Below are positions 13,538 to 25,831 of a stretch of 64,000 bases of DNA, piece after piece. Source of the DNA: Marsupella aquatica (taxonomy: Eukaryota; Plantae; Marchantiophyta); assembly GCA_973895155.1 (NCBI GenBank), contig OZ316899.1:16209974-16273973 (forward strand), given 5' to 3'. A program made the translations under genes and the position numbers. Position 1 is the stretch's first letter. Each line of letters opens with the position of its first letter. The notes beneath the pieces were generated by a model. The model was not told the DNA's origin. It saw nothing but the letters and a program-made list of their open reading frames with translations, and made no database searches.

Positions 13538-14925
13538 TGTCGTATAGTGCTAAGTATCAAAAGTGACTCTCCTCACCTAAAACCAGGGTTTCGATCCCTT
13601 TAAGAACAGATTTCAGAATGAATTGTATAACTTTTATCACTCCGAGTGATTTAGAGTCTTGAGCTCTATGTTGACTTCACTTCTCAATAAAAAAAATCGA
13701 ATAAACAAACAACAAAGTAACTGAACTTCTGATTTATGAATTAGAGAAGAAATGAGTAAGGATTTAGAGACTACAAGCTACTGCCACTCCTTCAGAAAGG
13801 ATTTGGGCTCAGTATAGACATGAAATCTATCTCATAATTCATCCATCTCACTCTTCAAAACACAAAGGTTAATGATAATGGAATTCTCAATCTGATGAAG
13901 CAGAAGCTTTCTGATTGCAAATGAATGATATGATTTAAAATGCCGTCAACATGGTTTGACATCAGCGATACGCAATTCAGTCAAACTCTAAACCATATTC
14001 CAGAATCAAAGCAACAGTACTAACTACTCTGAGAATCAGAATTTACTTCTCATTTATCATTAACTATTCTTGAATTGGCTAGCGAATCCCGACTCTGCAA
14101 GCAAGCCTAGCAGTGAATTCAATACGAGTTTCAGAATTCTGCAACTGAATTCAATCACCACAGGAATCTCTTGAATTCAATCTTAACTTCAATCAATATA
14201 GCTTTACTTCCATACAAAACACTCACAGCATGCCTTGTTACAATGGAAGGAGGAGAAAACTATTCAGAAGACTCAATTCTGAATACAGTATTAACTCTAT
14301 TTCTCTCTACTTCAAATGAGCATTCTACTCTGTCTTATAAGTGCTGGAATCCTAAAATGGAGGAGGTAAGAACAGTCGTGCCTTTCCAAGCTTAAAACTA
14401 AACAAGGGAGAAGCACAGCATAAGTACTTCAACAAGGGTGGTAGAATACTACTTTACTAGTAATCTACTTCAAAAACTAAGTGTTGAGCGGACGCTGCTA
14501 GAAGCGTCGGGAGAATCTGGACGCTGCTAGAAGCGTCTTAAGTAAAACCAACGGACGCTGCTCACACTGCTCACAGCGTCAATACTAGGGTGGACGCTGC
14601 TCACAGCGTCGTGTGTTGAAGCTGACGCTTTCCACAGCGTCGGTCGAAATCCTCATAGAGTCTTGGTGGCGGTCGGGCACTGCCAAAAGCGTCATGAGGA
14701 GGTTGGACGCTTCCGCAGCGTCTTGAGTAAAAGAAACGGGCGCTGGTCACAGCGTCGGGCAAAGTACACTAGGAATCGTCAGGAAAGCCGGAGATGTCAA
14801 ATATTTCTATAAGTGTCCAGAACAAGTAAATGTTGGCCGGAAGGTGTCTAAAGTGTAAGTAAATCTTGTGATATGCTAAAAATAAACAAGTTTCCAGAAA
14901 AAATTGCAGGGACACCCATACCACA
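13538..14925. mobile_element. Solo LTR D (1388 bp) nested in C copy 1
   Basis: TGTCGTAT...ATACCACA termini. Perfect TSD TCAAT at 13533-13537 and 14926-14930. Absent from C copy 2. Confidence 0.88.
14491..14756. repeat. Array of 8 palindromic GACGCT-N5/6-AGCGTC units with variable spacers
   Basis: Units start at about 14491, 14520, 14554, 14593, 14624, 14676, 14706 and 14739. Confidence 0.85.
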
Positions 14926-17481
14926 TCAATCTCGGCTTCCATCCTCCTAAGCCGCCGAATGACCTCGTCCTTCTTGCTTCTCTCTAAAGCCACCGCTTCT
15001 TCTAATTGGTGCTTCTCCAACTGCTCCCTATGGAAAAAGGGTCCTACCTCCACTCCTCTCCAAAGATGCCGAGCGCAAGTTCCCCACACATCTCACCATA
15101 CTCCATGGCTCTATTCTTAGCGTAGGTGGAGTAAGTAGAAGTGATCGGCATCGCCCATCGCGGCCTCTGCTCCCAAGCCGTCTTGCGGATCTCTTCAATC
15201 GTGGCTAGAGGTTTGCTTCCTTTTTCGGCTAGCCGCCTGATGTCCTCCGGCCAATCTCCTCCTGGTAAATCCTTTTCCCTAGCCAGGGCTGCCTCCTCTT
15301 CCTGCCTGATTCACTCCTGAAATTCCTGCGCCGTCTGTTTTATGCCGTCAAAGCTCGGGGGAGCAACATCTGGCGGGGGAGACTCAGGGCTACTCTGCTG
15401 GTTGGGGTCCCCTCGTACTACCCTTGGAAGTGTGGGGACAAACCGGCCACAGGTCCTTACTCTGGAACGTGATGGTCCGACCCATAGCCGGAGTTATCAT
15501 GGCTGCAGTCCTCCACTGCCTCCTCTATTTCTTGGACGTCCGACTTCTCCCTCTCCTCTTCGTCGGTAGGAGCTTCAGGCAATTCTACCTCAGATTCAGA
15601 GCTTGAGACTCCCACATACATTCGAACACCTGGCTTGGATTCCGGCCTGATTCTCTCCTCGTCTCCAACAAAGGGGTTTTCTCTTGTGAGCCGGTGTAGG
15701 CCTACCTCTGGAGTGGTGTTCTGCATTGTTGCCGTTGCCGTTGTCGTTGCCGATGCCGATCTCTTTTCTTTCTCCAGTAGTTTCAGCAGACTCTGCATGC
15801 CTGGTTGCTGCATCGGCAAGTCCTCCTTCCTGGGCCTAAACACCTGCTCGATCGTAGGGCTAACAGGTGGTTGAGGCTTCTCTGCTACCGGCCTCGGTTC
15901 TGGAGCTTCCTCGGGTGCCCTTACCTGCAGGGGAAGTACTGGGGCAAAAGTCTGACCTCTGGCATACCGGCACAACAGCGGCATGTGATAGCCAAGCCGC
16001 GACACGCTCCCCATGCCGATTACCTGCTGCTCCTCCTTTAAGATCTTCTTCAATTGGTTGAGGAGGTACCCGTTGTAGTCCCGGCTTGGGTCTGGCCTCT
16101 CTGCCAGATAGACCTGTGCCTTGCCGATCTCCGCCCTCGGCAAGTTACAATGCATGGTCACCCGCAAGAAGTCGATCATCTCTCCTATGTGCGGGTTGGT
16201 GCATGTGTTCCGGAAGAAGCCATTCTTCGTTGATGGCCCGGGGAACGACCGGAACTCCTTGTCAGGCAAGGTCTTCCTGGTATCAACTTTGGTCTTATTG
16301 CCTATCGGCAAGCCAAACACTTCGGCAATCACTTTGGGAGTAAGATAGAAATCCTTCCCATATATCCTCGTGCAATTGGTCTCGAGTTCCCATGACCCCA
16401 CGAATTCTAATAGGTCTGACTCCGGTACCTCCGGCTTCAGCCATGGTAATCTTACAAAGGCCTCTAAGCCGGATCCGGCCATGAAGCCTTGGTACTTCTT
16501 GGTCTGCATGGCCGTAAAGCATGCATCCTCCTCCCGTGCAAAATGTAGTTGCACCTCTACCGGTAGGGTTGCCGCCCAGCCCTTCCAGGTGTCATCCCTG
16601 GTTGGAATGGCCTTGATGGGATCAACCTCCTCCTCTTCGGCTTCTCCTTGCCTCCTGCTCTGCTGCTCGGCTGGCTTCTTTGGTGCCGCCGACCTCGTTC
16701 TTTTTGCCGGGGTGGCTTCATCGTTGACGGCTCCCTTCCTCTTCATCTCTGCTGCCGTGGAGGTTTCTCCTAGCACTGTTGCCTGGGTCCACCTTTCCGT
16801 GCTACCCTTCAATTCCCAGTGTATGTCGTTGCAGTTCTTGATGGCCTCTCGAATGCCGACGATGCTGTCTTTGCAAAATAGAAGATCATCGAGCTGATTG
16901 GAAGTAGGAGTCCACAAGAACTCGTCTTTGATGAGTTCGCCTCCTAAGAAAGCCGTCTTCTACAGCTCGCACAATCGAGCGAGCTCCTGCCGTTCTCGAG
17001 CTGCCCTTTCTGATTCCTCGTCCTCGTAAGTCTTGATGTACTCAGTTGCCCGTTCGAACAGGCATCCCCAAAAATGTGCCGCTTGATTGACGTTGCTCAT
17101 ACCCTCCTTAGGTCGATCGTCAGTATCTACTCTCTCCCCGAGTGCTTGCCTAAGCAGCTGACAGTAGTTGGCCTCCCGTAGTCGTCTGCCTAGTTCATGC
17201 TTGCAAATGAGCCACCATCTCCTGCAAGCGCTCCTTACCCCTCTCCTCTTCAGGTCCTTCCTCCCGTTGATCCTTCCTAGCCGCCGACGCTTAACGCGCC
17301 CTAACCCTAATCGAGTTTTCACCCCCAGCGTCCTTACCTCCAGCCTCGGCCCGGGTTCCATGGTTGCCCCTAATTGTTTATATTTTCCTTGTTTTGTCCC
17401 TATACTAAGGTGTTTCTAGGGTGCCTTCCTGCTTTACCCACTTAACTGGCCGAGTGATTCCTGTCTAGGCATCACACCTCC

Positions 17482-20400
17482 TCAAGAAACTCAAACCCAA
17501 AGCCTTCAGACTCGGCCTTAGGCACTCCACTTTCCAGAAACTCGAAGTCAAACCACTTTCAAAACTCAAGTCCAACGGATGCGCCTGGACGAGTGCCTTG
17601 TCTTCAAATTCACTCAAGTCGGAACTTGAGTCCATTCCCTTCTTGGTCCTCCTCTTGAAGATCTTCACCCTTTTCCCTGCGTAAGGTACTTGGTGAACTG
17701 TTCTATCCAACTCCCGAATAGTGTAAGTCGCATTCGCATGAACAGCAACCACCACATACGGACCTTGCCACCTTCGAGCAAACTTGTTTCGGCTCAAGTG
17801 TTGCTCGTCCAACTTACTTTCGTAAACCAGAACCCAATCCCCTTCCTTAACCAAGACAGACCTCAACCGATGAGTCCTATCAAACCTGCCCTTGTTCCTT
17901 AACCTCGCCATCTTCAATTGCTTCCGAGCCACCTCAATCTTCGCGGGTAACAAGTTGAAGTGTTCGATCCTTCGAGCCAGCAACTCCTCTCTTGAAACTT
18001 CATCTTTCCATCCAATCAGTCGCCAGCTGCAAACATCTTCCTTGAGTGGCATCATCGGCAAGTGCCCAGTAAGTAGCTCAGCTGCAACGTATCCGGTCAC
18101 TGAGCTACAAGTCATCCGATCCGCTAACAGAGCAAGTGGAAGGAGACTCGACCACCTGCCCAAGTCCCCATCACAAGCCTTAGCCAAAGCGCCCACAATC
18201 TGGATGTGCCCCCTTTCAGATTTCCCATTGCCTTCCGGATTGTAACTCAAAGTCAACTTCAGTTTGATGCGGTATTGGTCAAAAAACTCTTGCGCTTCCT
18301 TGGAGCTGAGCTCCCCCCTATCAGCTCTGATCCTTGTAAAGCACCCATGCCTCGCAATGATATCCTCAAGTATGAACTGGCAAACGGCAGCAGTAGTGTT
18401 CGAAACCAACGCCTCCCTTCCACATAAGAAGACAAGTCTTCTCTCGCCAAAACCAAGTATCTCGCCCCATTGCTCTCTCTCGGCATGTACACTACATCAA
18501 CAGCCCATTGAAAGTGTAGAGCCACGGGGTAAGTCGGAACCAATCCATCCCTATGTCGGATCCTCGAGTAAAACTGGCAAATCTCGTAAGTCTCGACATA
18601 GTCTCGAACGGCCAAGTATAAACCTGGCCACCAGTACAGCTTCCGAACCCTCTCGTAAGTCGAATGCACCCCTTTGTGCCCAGCCATGTCAGCATCATGG
18701 CTCTCTTTGAGAATTTGGTCTTTCTCATCCTTAGTATCCACAACCCTCTGCAACAATTGACTTGGGTCCTTACGCCTTCGCCACAAGTAGCCCTCCCTCA
18801 ATAGGAACTTGTAAGATCTCTTCCGGATCTTGACGAACTCCTGGTAACTCCACTCTGGTTGCTTCTCCAAAGTGCTAATGTAACGCCCAATATCCAGCAA
18901 CTCTCCCGAGTAGAGTTCTTCCTTGAACTCTAGAATTCCAACACTTTTGGTTCCGGTCACCTCGCCAACTCTAGTTGCTACCTCATTTCCAAATCTTGCC
19001 CTTGACAGCATGTCGGCAATCGGATTATCCTTTCCCGCAATGTGACTTAGCTCAGGGTTGAACATCCGAATGAAAGCGATCCACCTGAGCATCGCTATGT
19101 CAGGCATGTCACAATTCGCAATCGCGATTGGCAATCAGTCTCAACCACCACCGGCGCCCCAATCAAATAGTTCCTCTCCTGATGGAGTGCCACCTTGGGA
19201 CCCCAAAGCTCCCTCTTAACTTGGGCATATCTCCTTTGCCTTTCTGTAAAAAAAATTGCCCCAAATCTGATTGCATACCTTTCCCCATTCTCGTCATCTT
19301 GCCCAACAGCCCACCCGGCTGCGAACGGACTCGCATCAACAGTCATGATCAGTGGTCGCCCGCTCTCATAGTCCGCAGCTCGGAGAACTGGCAGGCTCAT
19401 GAGAGCGCTCTTAAGCTTAGCCATTGCTTCACTATGCTTGGGTAGCCATCTCTACTTAACCTTTTTCCTCAACAGCTCATAGAGTGGGTCCGCCAGGTGC
19501 GAGAAGTGAGGGATCCAGATCTTGTAAAAGACACAAGCACCAAGAAACCTTCAAACTTCCGGCGCCAATTCACAATCCTTCATCTCGCTAATAGCTCTCA
19601 CCTTATCCATGTTTGGCTTCCTTCCATAAGATCCGCACATTTGAGTGGCTCTTCCTCTCCATTATCCATCGTGTTTTCCCCTTCACAAGGAGCTAAGGAC
19701 CGAGCACTCCGCCGATCCACTCTTTTCAGCAAAGTGCCAAGTTGTTTTCCGGACCTGGACCAGAGTCGGCACTCTCAGTCCTCAACCCTTTCCTATTCCT
19801 CTCGTTTCCAGGTAAAACAGCCGGAAATTGAACCACCTTTTTCCCATCTTTGCTCCGAACTTTCACCATGAAGGTAGTATCATCCAGAACCTTCGTCTCC
19901 ATCCTCCATTCAGTGATGAAATGCATGCCCAGTATTACCGAAAACGACAAGTGCTCATGAACAAAAATGTTACAAGCCTGCTTGACATTCCCGAACTTCA
20001 CCAGCACATTCGGACATCCGCCCCAAAGATAGTCCTTCATTGAACTCACCGAGTTCACACTCCAAAGCAACTCATTGTCCACCGGCCAATTCCCCTTTTG
20101 AAACACCTTTGGATCCATCAAGTTGATCTCCGAGCCAGTATCAATTAGCGCCCGCACCTTGCCTTCCATTCCTTCCAACTGGCACTCGCTCTCCGGACTT
20201 GCTCGAGCCCAGTATCCATCTCGGTAAGCATAACCGTTTCCTTTCATTGAGCCCATGACATGAATGGTCCTCGACTGCGCGGTAATGCTTTCCCGTTCTC
20301 CCCCTTCGGTCGCGTCCCTGTTTGCCACAGACTCAGCTTTGCTTCCGGTTCCCATGAGCTCCTCTTCCGCATCAAAGAACTCATCGTCCAAGTTCATGAG

Positions 20401-22152
20401 CTCCTCTTCAAGGGACTTGACCCTCTTCGGTTCCCCCAAGTCTGACTCTTCGGGGCCAGCAAGCTTACTACCTGAACCCATGGACACCCCAACAGTGTAA
20501 GTTTGGAAACTCCCAATTTCCGTCTCGCCAACCTCCCCCATCAAGGTGTGAGGGCCCTCTTTGTAAATCCGTTTCCTCTTTGGATCTCCCAAGATCGCTT
20601 CCTGGATCTCCCGCCTCATACTGCCAAAGAACTCGGCTTTGGTAAACCCTTGAGCCTGTTGGCTCCAAAACTTCTCAGCTACAACCTCCGGGTACATGGC
20701 CTGGTCCACGTCCCTGCCAAGCACCCAGCCCGGGTCCTTCCTGATCGGTTTCCCTTTCTCCGGCTCTTTCTTGCTCATTTCCTCTTCTTCGAACCTAACC
20801 CTCCTTTCCTTGTCTCGTGTATCCCGCCTCTCTCGTTCCCCTGATTGAGACGGAGTGTCATCCTCGTCGGTTTTCTTCCTTTTTGACTTGACCAAGGCAT
20901 CCCAACTAGCCCCAACCTCAACCGTTATCGCATTGATCAGCACCGGGTCACTCCATCCGGATCTCTCTCGCACCAGATCCGCCAAGCGCTTGTAAAATTT
21001 GTCCGTTTCCGTCACGGGGCCATCCAACTCCACATTGTAAACATTTGCTTCCAGGTGCAAAGAGGACGCCTCTTTGACTCGCTTCCCAACTCGCTTCTCA
21101 GCCAAAGCCTTCATGCCTCCCTTGTTGGAGTTGAATGGAATTGGCTCCTTAGTATCGGCAAACGATATCTTTTTTTGACCAACTTCACTGACAAACTTGA
21201 TCAGCCTTTTATCCGCAACTTCCCTCAGGTCCAGGCACTCCCGTTTGTCATGCTCTTTGCTGTCGCACCACATGCATGGCCAACTCTGCATCTCTCGCTT
21301 CCTCTCGGGAGCACTCGCAACCCTCAGTTTTGGATTCTTGACCGCATGTGCCGCCAAGATCTTCAGGTTGTGCATCATTTCTGCAAGATCATCCATCGAT
21401 GGTTTGATCTCATCCTTCGCTGGTTCTCGCTTCCCTTTCCTCAATATCGGTTCCGGCGGCCTTAGGTCAAGAGTGGTAGCCTCCTTGTCTAGCTCTCACC
21501 GCCGGTGTCGATTACTCACTTTTGACACCGCTTTCTCAACTTGGTTCCAGTCGCTAGACAAGATAACTCTCAAAGTTTCCAGCAGCTCCATTGCGTTCTC
21601 AAGCTCCTCTCGAAGGTCCTCATCGGCTGCCCTCAAGAAGAGCGTCGAGCGCTGCAACTCGATGATTCCCACATCCCGCTTCGGTAATTGAGACACCCTT
21701 CTCTTGAACTCCCTTAGGAGCTCTTGCGGTCCCTTCAGCTTCTTGTTCCTGTCATTCACCCAATCCAAGAAGGTAGCCTGCGTGACCCGATCAGCATCCT
21801 CCGCTTGGAACTCCTCTTTCATCTTCTGATCGAAGTCATCCTAGCCCTCAACTGACTCAACAATGGTCCACACCTTCCAACTCAACTCCTTCTCAACCAG
21901 CACCATGAACTCTTTCACAACCGTCCCTTCGTCCAACTTGTAGACAGTTGCTTTTGTCAAGTAAGACTTAAGGTAGCTTGTCACATTTCTCCCATCGAAT
22001 TGCCCATTCTCTTTCAGAACCTCTTGGAGACACCGAGTAGTTCTATTCGCTTCCCTGTTCGCCCTTTCTGACTCAAGCTCTTCCTTCCTTATGGTTCTCA
22101 TCATTGACATGACGATGCTCGATATCCGATCAACTTTGTCATAGTCACCCAT
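17482..22152 (-). pseudogene. gag-pol of element A: Gag (CCHC knuckle), aspartic protease, RT thumb only, RNase H, integrase
   Basis: CMWCDSKEHDKREC; ALIDTGSEINLM; FLGACVFYKIWIPHF; TVDASPFAAGW...YAQVKRELWG; H-H-Y/C-C zinc finger; D-D-E core (AVDVVY, ADRGE, KSERGH); WQGPY. The YxDD region is missing near 19640-19730. Confidence 0.92.
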
Positions 22153-22176
22153 CTCATCCAATCGCCCCAAGGAATC

Positions 22177-22192
22177 CCCAGTATGGTCGCCA
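22177..22192 (-). promoter_or_regulatory. Primer binding site of element A (tRNA-Arg(UCG)-like)
   Basis: TGGCGACCATACTGGG lies 1 nt after the 5' LTR end. It resembles the complement of the plant tRNA-Arg(UCG) 3' end as recalled. Confidence 0.7.
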
Positions 22193-22193
22193 A

Positions 22194-23022
22194 TGTCGCG
22201 AGGACTTAAAATTAGGGGCTCCTCGAGCAAACTACGTGTTTCTGGCGCGATCGGGACAGGTGACAAGCACTTTTCGGAGCAAACTCTCACTCCTTTATAT
22301 TTTTTACTTTTCTCACAAAGGTTACAATAGGTGCCCTCGAGTAAGCTTGCCCGCAAGAGTCTGGTAGCTGGCCCTACGGCGGGCCGCTACCTCTAACTTG
22401 TTGAGTAGAACTCCTCGAGTGACTAACTACTCAAAATCTGACAGAAAAACTATCCTCCTTAGCTCACAAAACCAAAAACTCGACTAGCTACTCCACTAGT
22501 CTAAAACAACTCGCACAGAACTTGGGCCTGGACCAACGAGGCTCCAAACTCGAGAAATCCTCACCTGGATCGACAAGACTCCAAACTTGAGAAATCCCCG
22601 CCTGGATCAACGAGACTCCAGACTCGAGAAATTCCCCGCTTGGATCGAAAACTCACTAAGAACTCCAAAACCGCCGCACAACAGTCGAGTTCCGCAGAAC
22701 GGAGCAAAACTCACAGAACGCAACTCAACAGATCTCAATAGACAACCGCCAACCTCAATGAACCGAGGCTCAAGTCTTAAGTAGCATCAGAAACCCAACC
22801 ACCCAGCCTGAGCCAGCTGCCAGCAGCGAGGCTCATCCAAACTCCAAGCCTGGTGACTCACCCAAACACCAAACCTGGTGGCGACGAGTCACCCAATCAC
22901 CAAACCTCAATCCAACCAACCAAGCAGCCCCTCTGAGTCAGCATGTACGCAACCCAACTAGGAGGCCTCGCCCATCATCTCCTATAAAAGCCATTCCTGA
23001 GCCAAAATCTTTTGGCACGACA
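22194..23022 (-). repeat. 5' LTR of element A
   Basis: Direct repeat of 10485-11313, followed on the minus strand by PBS and gag. Confidence 0.93.
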
Positions 23023-23674
23023 ACGCCTACTATGCGCGATAGGATCCGGGTTGGAGACTAGATGTTTAGGGACCAAAGTTGGTCTGGGGGTGGCAGGTTT
23101 CCAGAAGCATATATGAGGGGAGTGGTGTCTCCCTGGAGGCCAAGGGCGAGCCGAAGTCGTGAGCCACGGCGGTCGCAACACTAAGGGAAAGCGCCAAATG
23201 GAAATGACGATATCTTCCCAACGGGAAGTCCGTTGGAGGACTTCTTGGGTGCGTTGGGAAGCTCTTGAGGAGGGCTACGTCTTCCTGAGCTAAGATGGTT
23301 CTAGGGGTGTGATGCTGCCGGTATGGTGGGTAATGAGTGATTTGGCCTAACGACGCTTAGCACGCGCGTTAGGGGTATCTTAGGCCATAATTATTAGCAT
23401 AACGATAGTATTTAGGTAGCCATTATGAGTAGGAAATCATTAGTCAATAAGGGGCGTTCGTGTTTGGGCTGGCGGCGGGTCGCCATTCGCACGCTCGGGT
23501 TGTGAGCGTGTAATGGGCCCTCACCTTTCCCCCTCGGGACTGTATAACAAACTTCGGGAGGCGGCCACTGACACGAGCTGACCCGGACCAGCGGAGTGGC
23601 CAGTACACTGCAAGCGTGAAAGGCTCGGCCTATAAGCAACGAGGAGGTGTTGGGCGATCGATGAGCTTCCAGGG

Positions 23675-23682
23675 TATAAAAA
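23675..23682 (+). promoter_or_regulatory. TATA box about 106 nt upstream of family E ORF1
   Basis: GGGTATAAAAAGG, conserved in sequence and spacing in G (63474-63480, 107 nt upstream of its ATG). Confidence 0.6.
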
Positions 23683-25831
23683 GGGGACCGATCCTTTGCA
23701 GTGCACCAGTTCTTCAGTCCACGCGCCAACTTTGACCCTAGTTCTCTCGCTTATCCTTAGTCACCTTCTATCTCCTCTAAATGTCACACACAATCCTTTC
23801 CAGTTCGGCCATACAATTCTGGACGCAGTTCCTATCTATTGGAGGGCACTTGGCCGACTCATTGAAACACGCCAACCCACGCCGATACAAAATTGAACGC
23901 GAATACGAGAGAGCCATCAGCCTAGCAGGCCTCCACTACTATCTCCTTAACTTTGATTACCCGTCCCAAAGCAAGCTTTACTGACCCAAAGAGATATCAG
24001 GGTACTTCTTCAACGGAGGCAAATATATCGGCTTCTAGGAGGTATTGCTTTGGCTTCTGGACGAGGTCTTCAATATCTTGGGCACGATCAACTTACCGCT
24101 CTTCAATATCCCATTACCCCTATTCAGGCGGCCCAGAGGAGCAAACACTTAGGGAGCCGGGACTACATCGCCCCCTCCCCAGGCCCGGACCCGAGTAGCG
24201 GTTCCAGCGGACAACATGGTGACCGTAGCCGCCCCGGCCCCAATACTAACGGTGGTGGCACTACCTATACCCGATTGAGAGGATGGGGAGGTGTCACCCT
24301 CCCCGAGCTAGTCTCGGGGAAAGAAGAGGAAGGAACCCGCAGCTGTATCCGGGTTACCCATGGCCACGGTAGTCGCGGCCAAGTTGACAATGCACCGCAT
24401 GGGGGAGAACATGCATAAGAACATCCTCCACCCCAAACATGCGGTGTACTTGAAGACTCAGAGTTTCGAGCACCTTGCCTCTCTCCCCTGAAACACTTGC
24501 AGGTACTACGGGGAGGACATGACGGAGTTTGTCAAGAATTATGATGATGTCCGTCAGCATACTTGGCTGCGGGGGAGGAATATGTCCCTCATAGAAGAGC
24601 GGCTCAGGATGATCTTCGGGCTACCCGAGGGTGATCACCGGGTCAGATCATGGGCTCCCGGGGGCAAAGGAGCCAAGTACCAATTGTGAGATAAGGATGT
24701 TTATGAAAGAAGGGTTAACTAACCATAAATTTTAGAATTTTTACGTTTAAGATCTCAAATGAGGCTGAAGAGGGACCTGAAGACTACTTTGAAGTGGTAT
24801 GAGACTTTCAAGCCCATCTGAGGTCAACCCGGATTGATATTAGAGAAGGAGGATCGACCTGGAACTTTTTACTATAAGCCGTGATGAGATATAAAAGCTT
24901 ATACCGTGACTCTACTGAACAACAGCTGTCCATTGCCAAAGTTTTTAAAACCATAACTCAAACACAGGCACGACCACAGCAAAATCCGGATATAAGGAAG
25001 GAGAGTCGATCCGGCCTCTCACACCTCTCAAAGCCAAACTTAGTAGGTTTTGAGCTCCCGAGCGCATTAGGCTATTTAAGCAGTAGAGTGAGGAGGCTCT
25101 ACCCTTTTGGTAGAGGATCTTGGGTCCGGATTATAGGACCAATCTTGCATTGCATGATGAGAGCCTGGATATGAGGGTACTGACTGATTCGTTGTGAGGG
25201 GAATGCCTACTCCACCGTTGGAAGTGAAGACAGGAAGTTTAAGATCCTGATTGTGGATACATCGGTTGTGAGAAGGGAGGCCAGGTCGACCCGGATATTT
25301 CTACCAGTGGTCGACACCGAAGAGATTGAACATTCTAAAGCCGCATCATTGTAGAGCTCGCCATAGAGGAGCCAGACCATTTACCAAAAATCAATTTGCT
25401 ACTTCCAGAAATCCTATGGAGCAAGGGGCGGATCCAGCCGGAATGTCCACTTCTCGCGTTTCTAAGGGGCATTCAACCTCAACATCACCTGCACCCACTC
25501 CGGTTAAAGCCCCTGTGAGACGATCAAAGAGAAAGGAGGTCCCCATTGCCATGAAAATTATGAGGCCAGCTATTCCGGACAGTGAAGCTGAGAAGGTCAA
25601 ATTGAGGGAGTCTTTGCTCAGGATGGGCTGTGAGTCTCTGATGGAGCTACCCTGGAGTTATCAAAGCGAAGATATGATCAGAGAGATCTAATCCAAGGAG
25701 TGTCCGGCTGAGTTTAAGGATACCTCCAGAGGCCGACCTGAGCGATGGACTCAGATGATGGTTGCAGGAGCTTTTGTATTGGAAGATGAAGGAGAAGGTC
25801 CAGTGGGGAGAGCTGTAAATCTAATCCTTCC

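Larger units (their letters stand above)
12329..17361 (-). pseudogene. Family C ORF (ancestral ~1200 aa: PMD-like domain, acidic linker, coiled coil), disrupted
   Basis: ORFs 16960-17361 and 15457-16917 are in frame and 12479-13456 is coiled-coil. Stops and frameshifts differ from those in copy 2. The PMD-like label comes from motif resemblance only (GLEAFVRLPW, GKDFYLTPKVIAEVFGLP). Confidence 0.75.
11417..17476 (-). mobile_element. Giant ORF-bearing solo-LTR-like unit, family C copy 1 (about 4.67 kb after removing nested D)
   Basis: Termini TGTGGTGC...GCATCACA. Perfect TSD CCTCC at 11412-11416 and 17477-17481. Colinear with 25832-30541. Confidence 0.9.
10485..23022 (-). mobile_element. Ty3/Gypsy LTR retrotransposon A (non-chromoviral, RT core deleted), 4-bp TSD ACGC
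   Basis: 829-bp direct LTRs TGTCG...CGACA, PBS, PPT and gag-PR-RH-INT remnants. ACGC at 10481-10484 and 23023-23026. Confidence 0.93.

Noticed and set aside
14491-14756. CRISPR array
   Set aside because: Eukaryotic LTR context, no cas genes, degenerate repeats, short irregular spacers, and two spacers resemble each other (TTAAGTAAAACCAACG / TTGAGTAAAAGAAACG), indicating duplication.
16370-16897. Plus-strand Ser-rich ORFs (also 12516-13115, 29435-30094)
   Set aside because: Antisense shadows of Glu/Lys/Arg-rich minus-strand ORFs.
11417-17476. Accessory or env-like ORF native to element A
   Set aside because: It is flanked by its own CCTCC TSD and TG...CA ends and occurs independently at 25832-30541. 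No signal peptide or transmembrane segment is evident.
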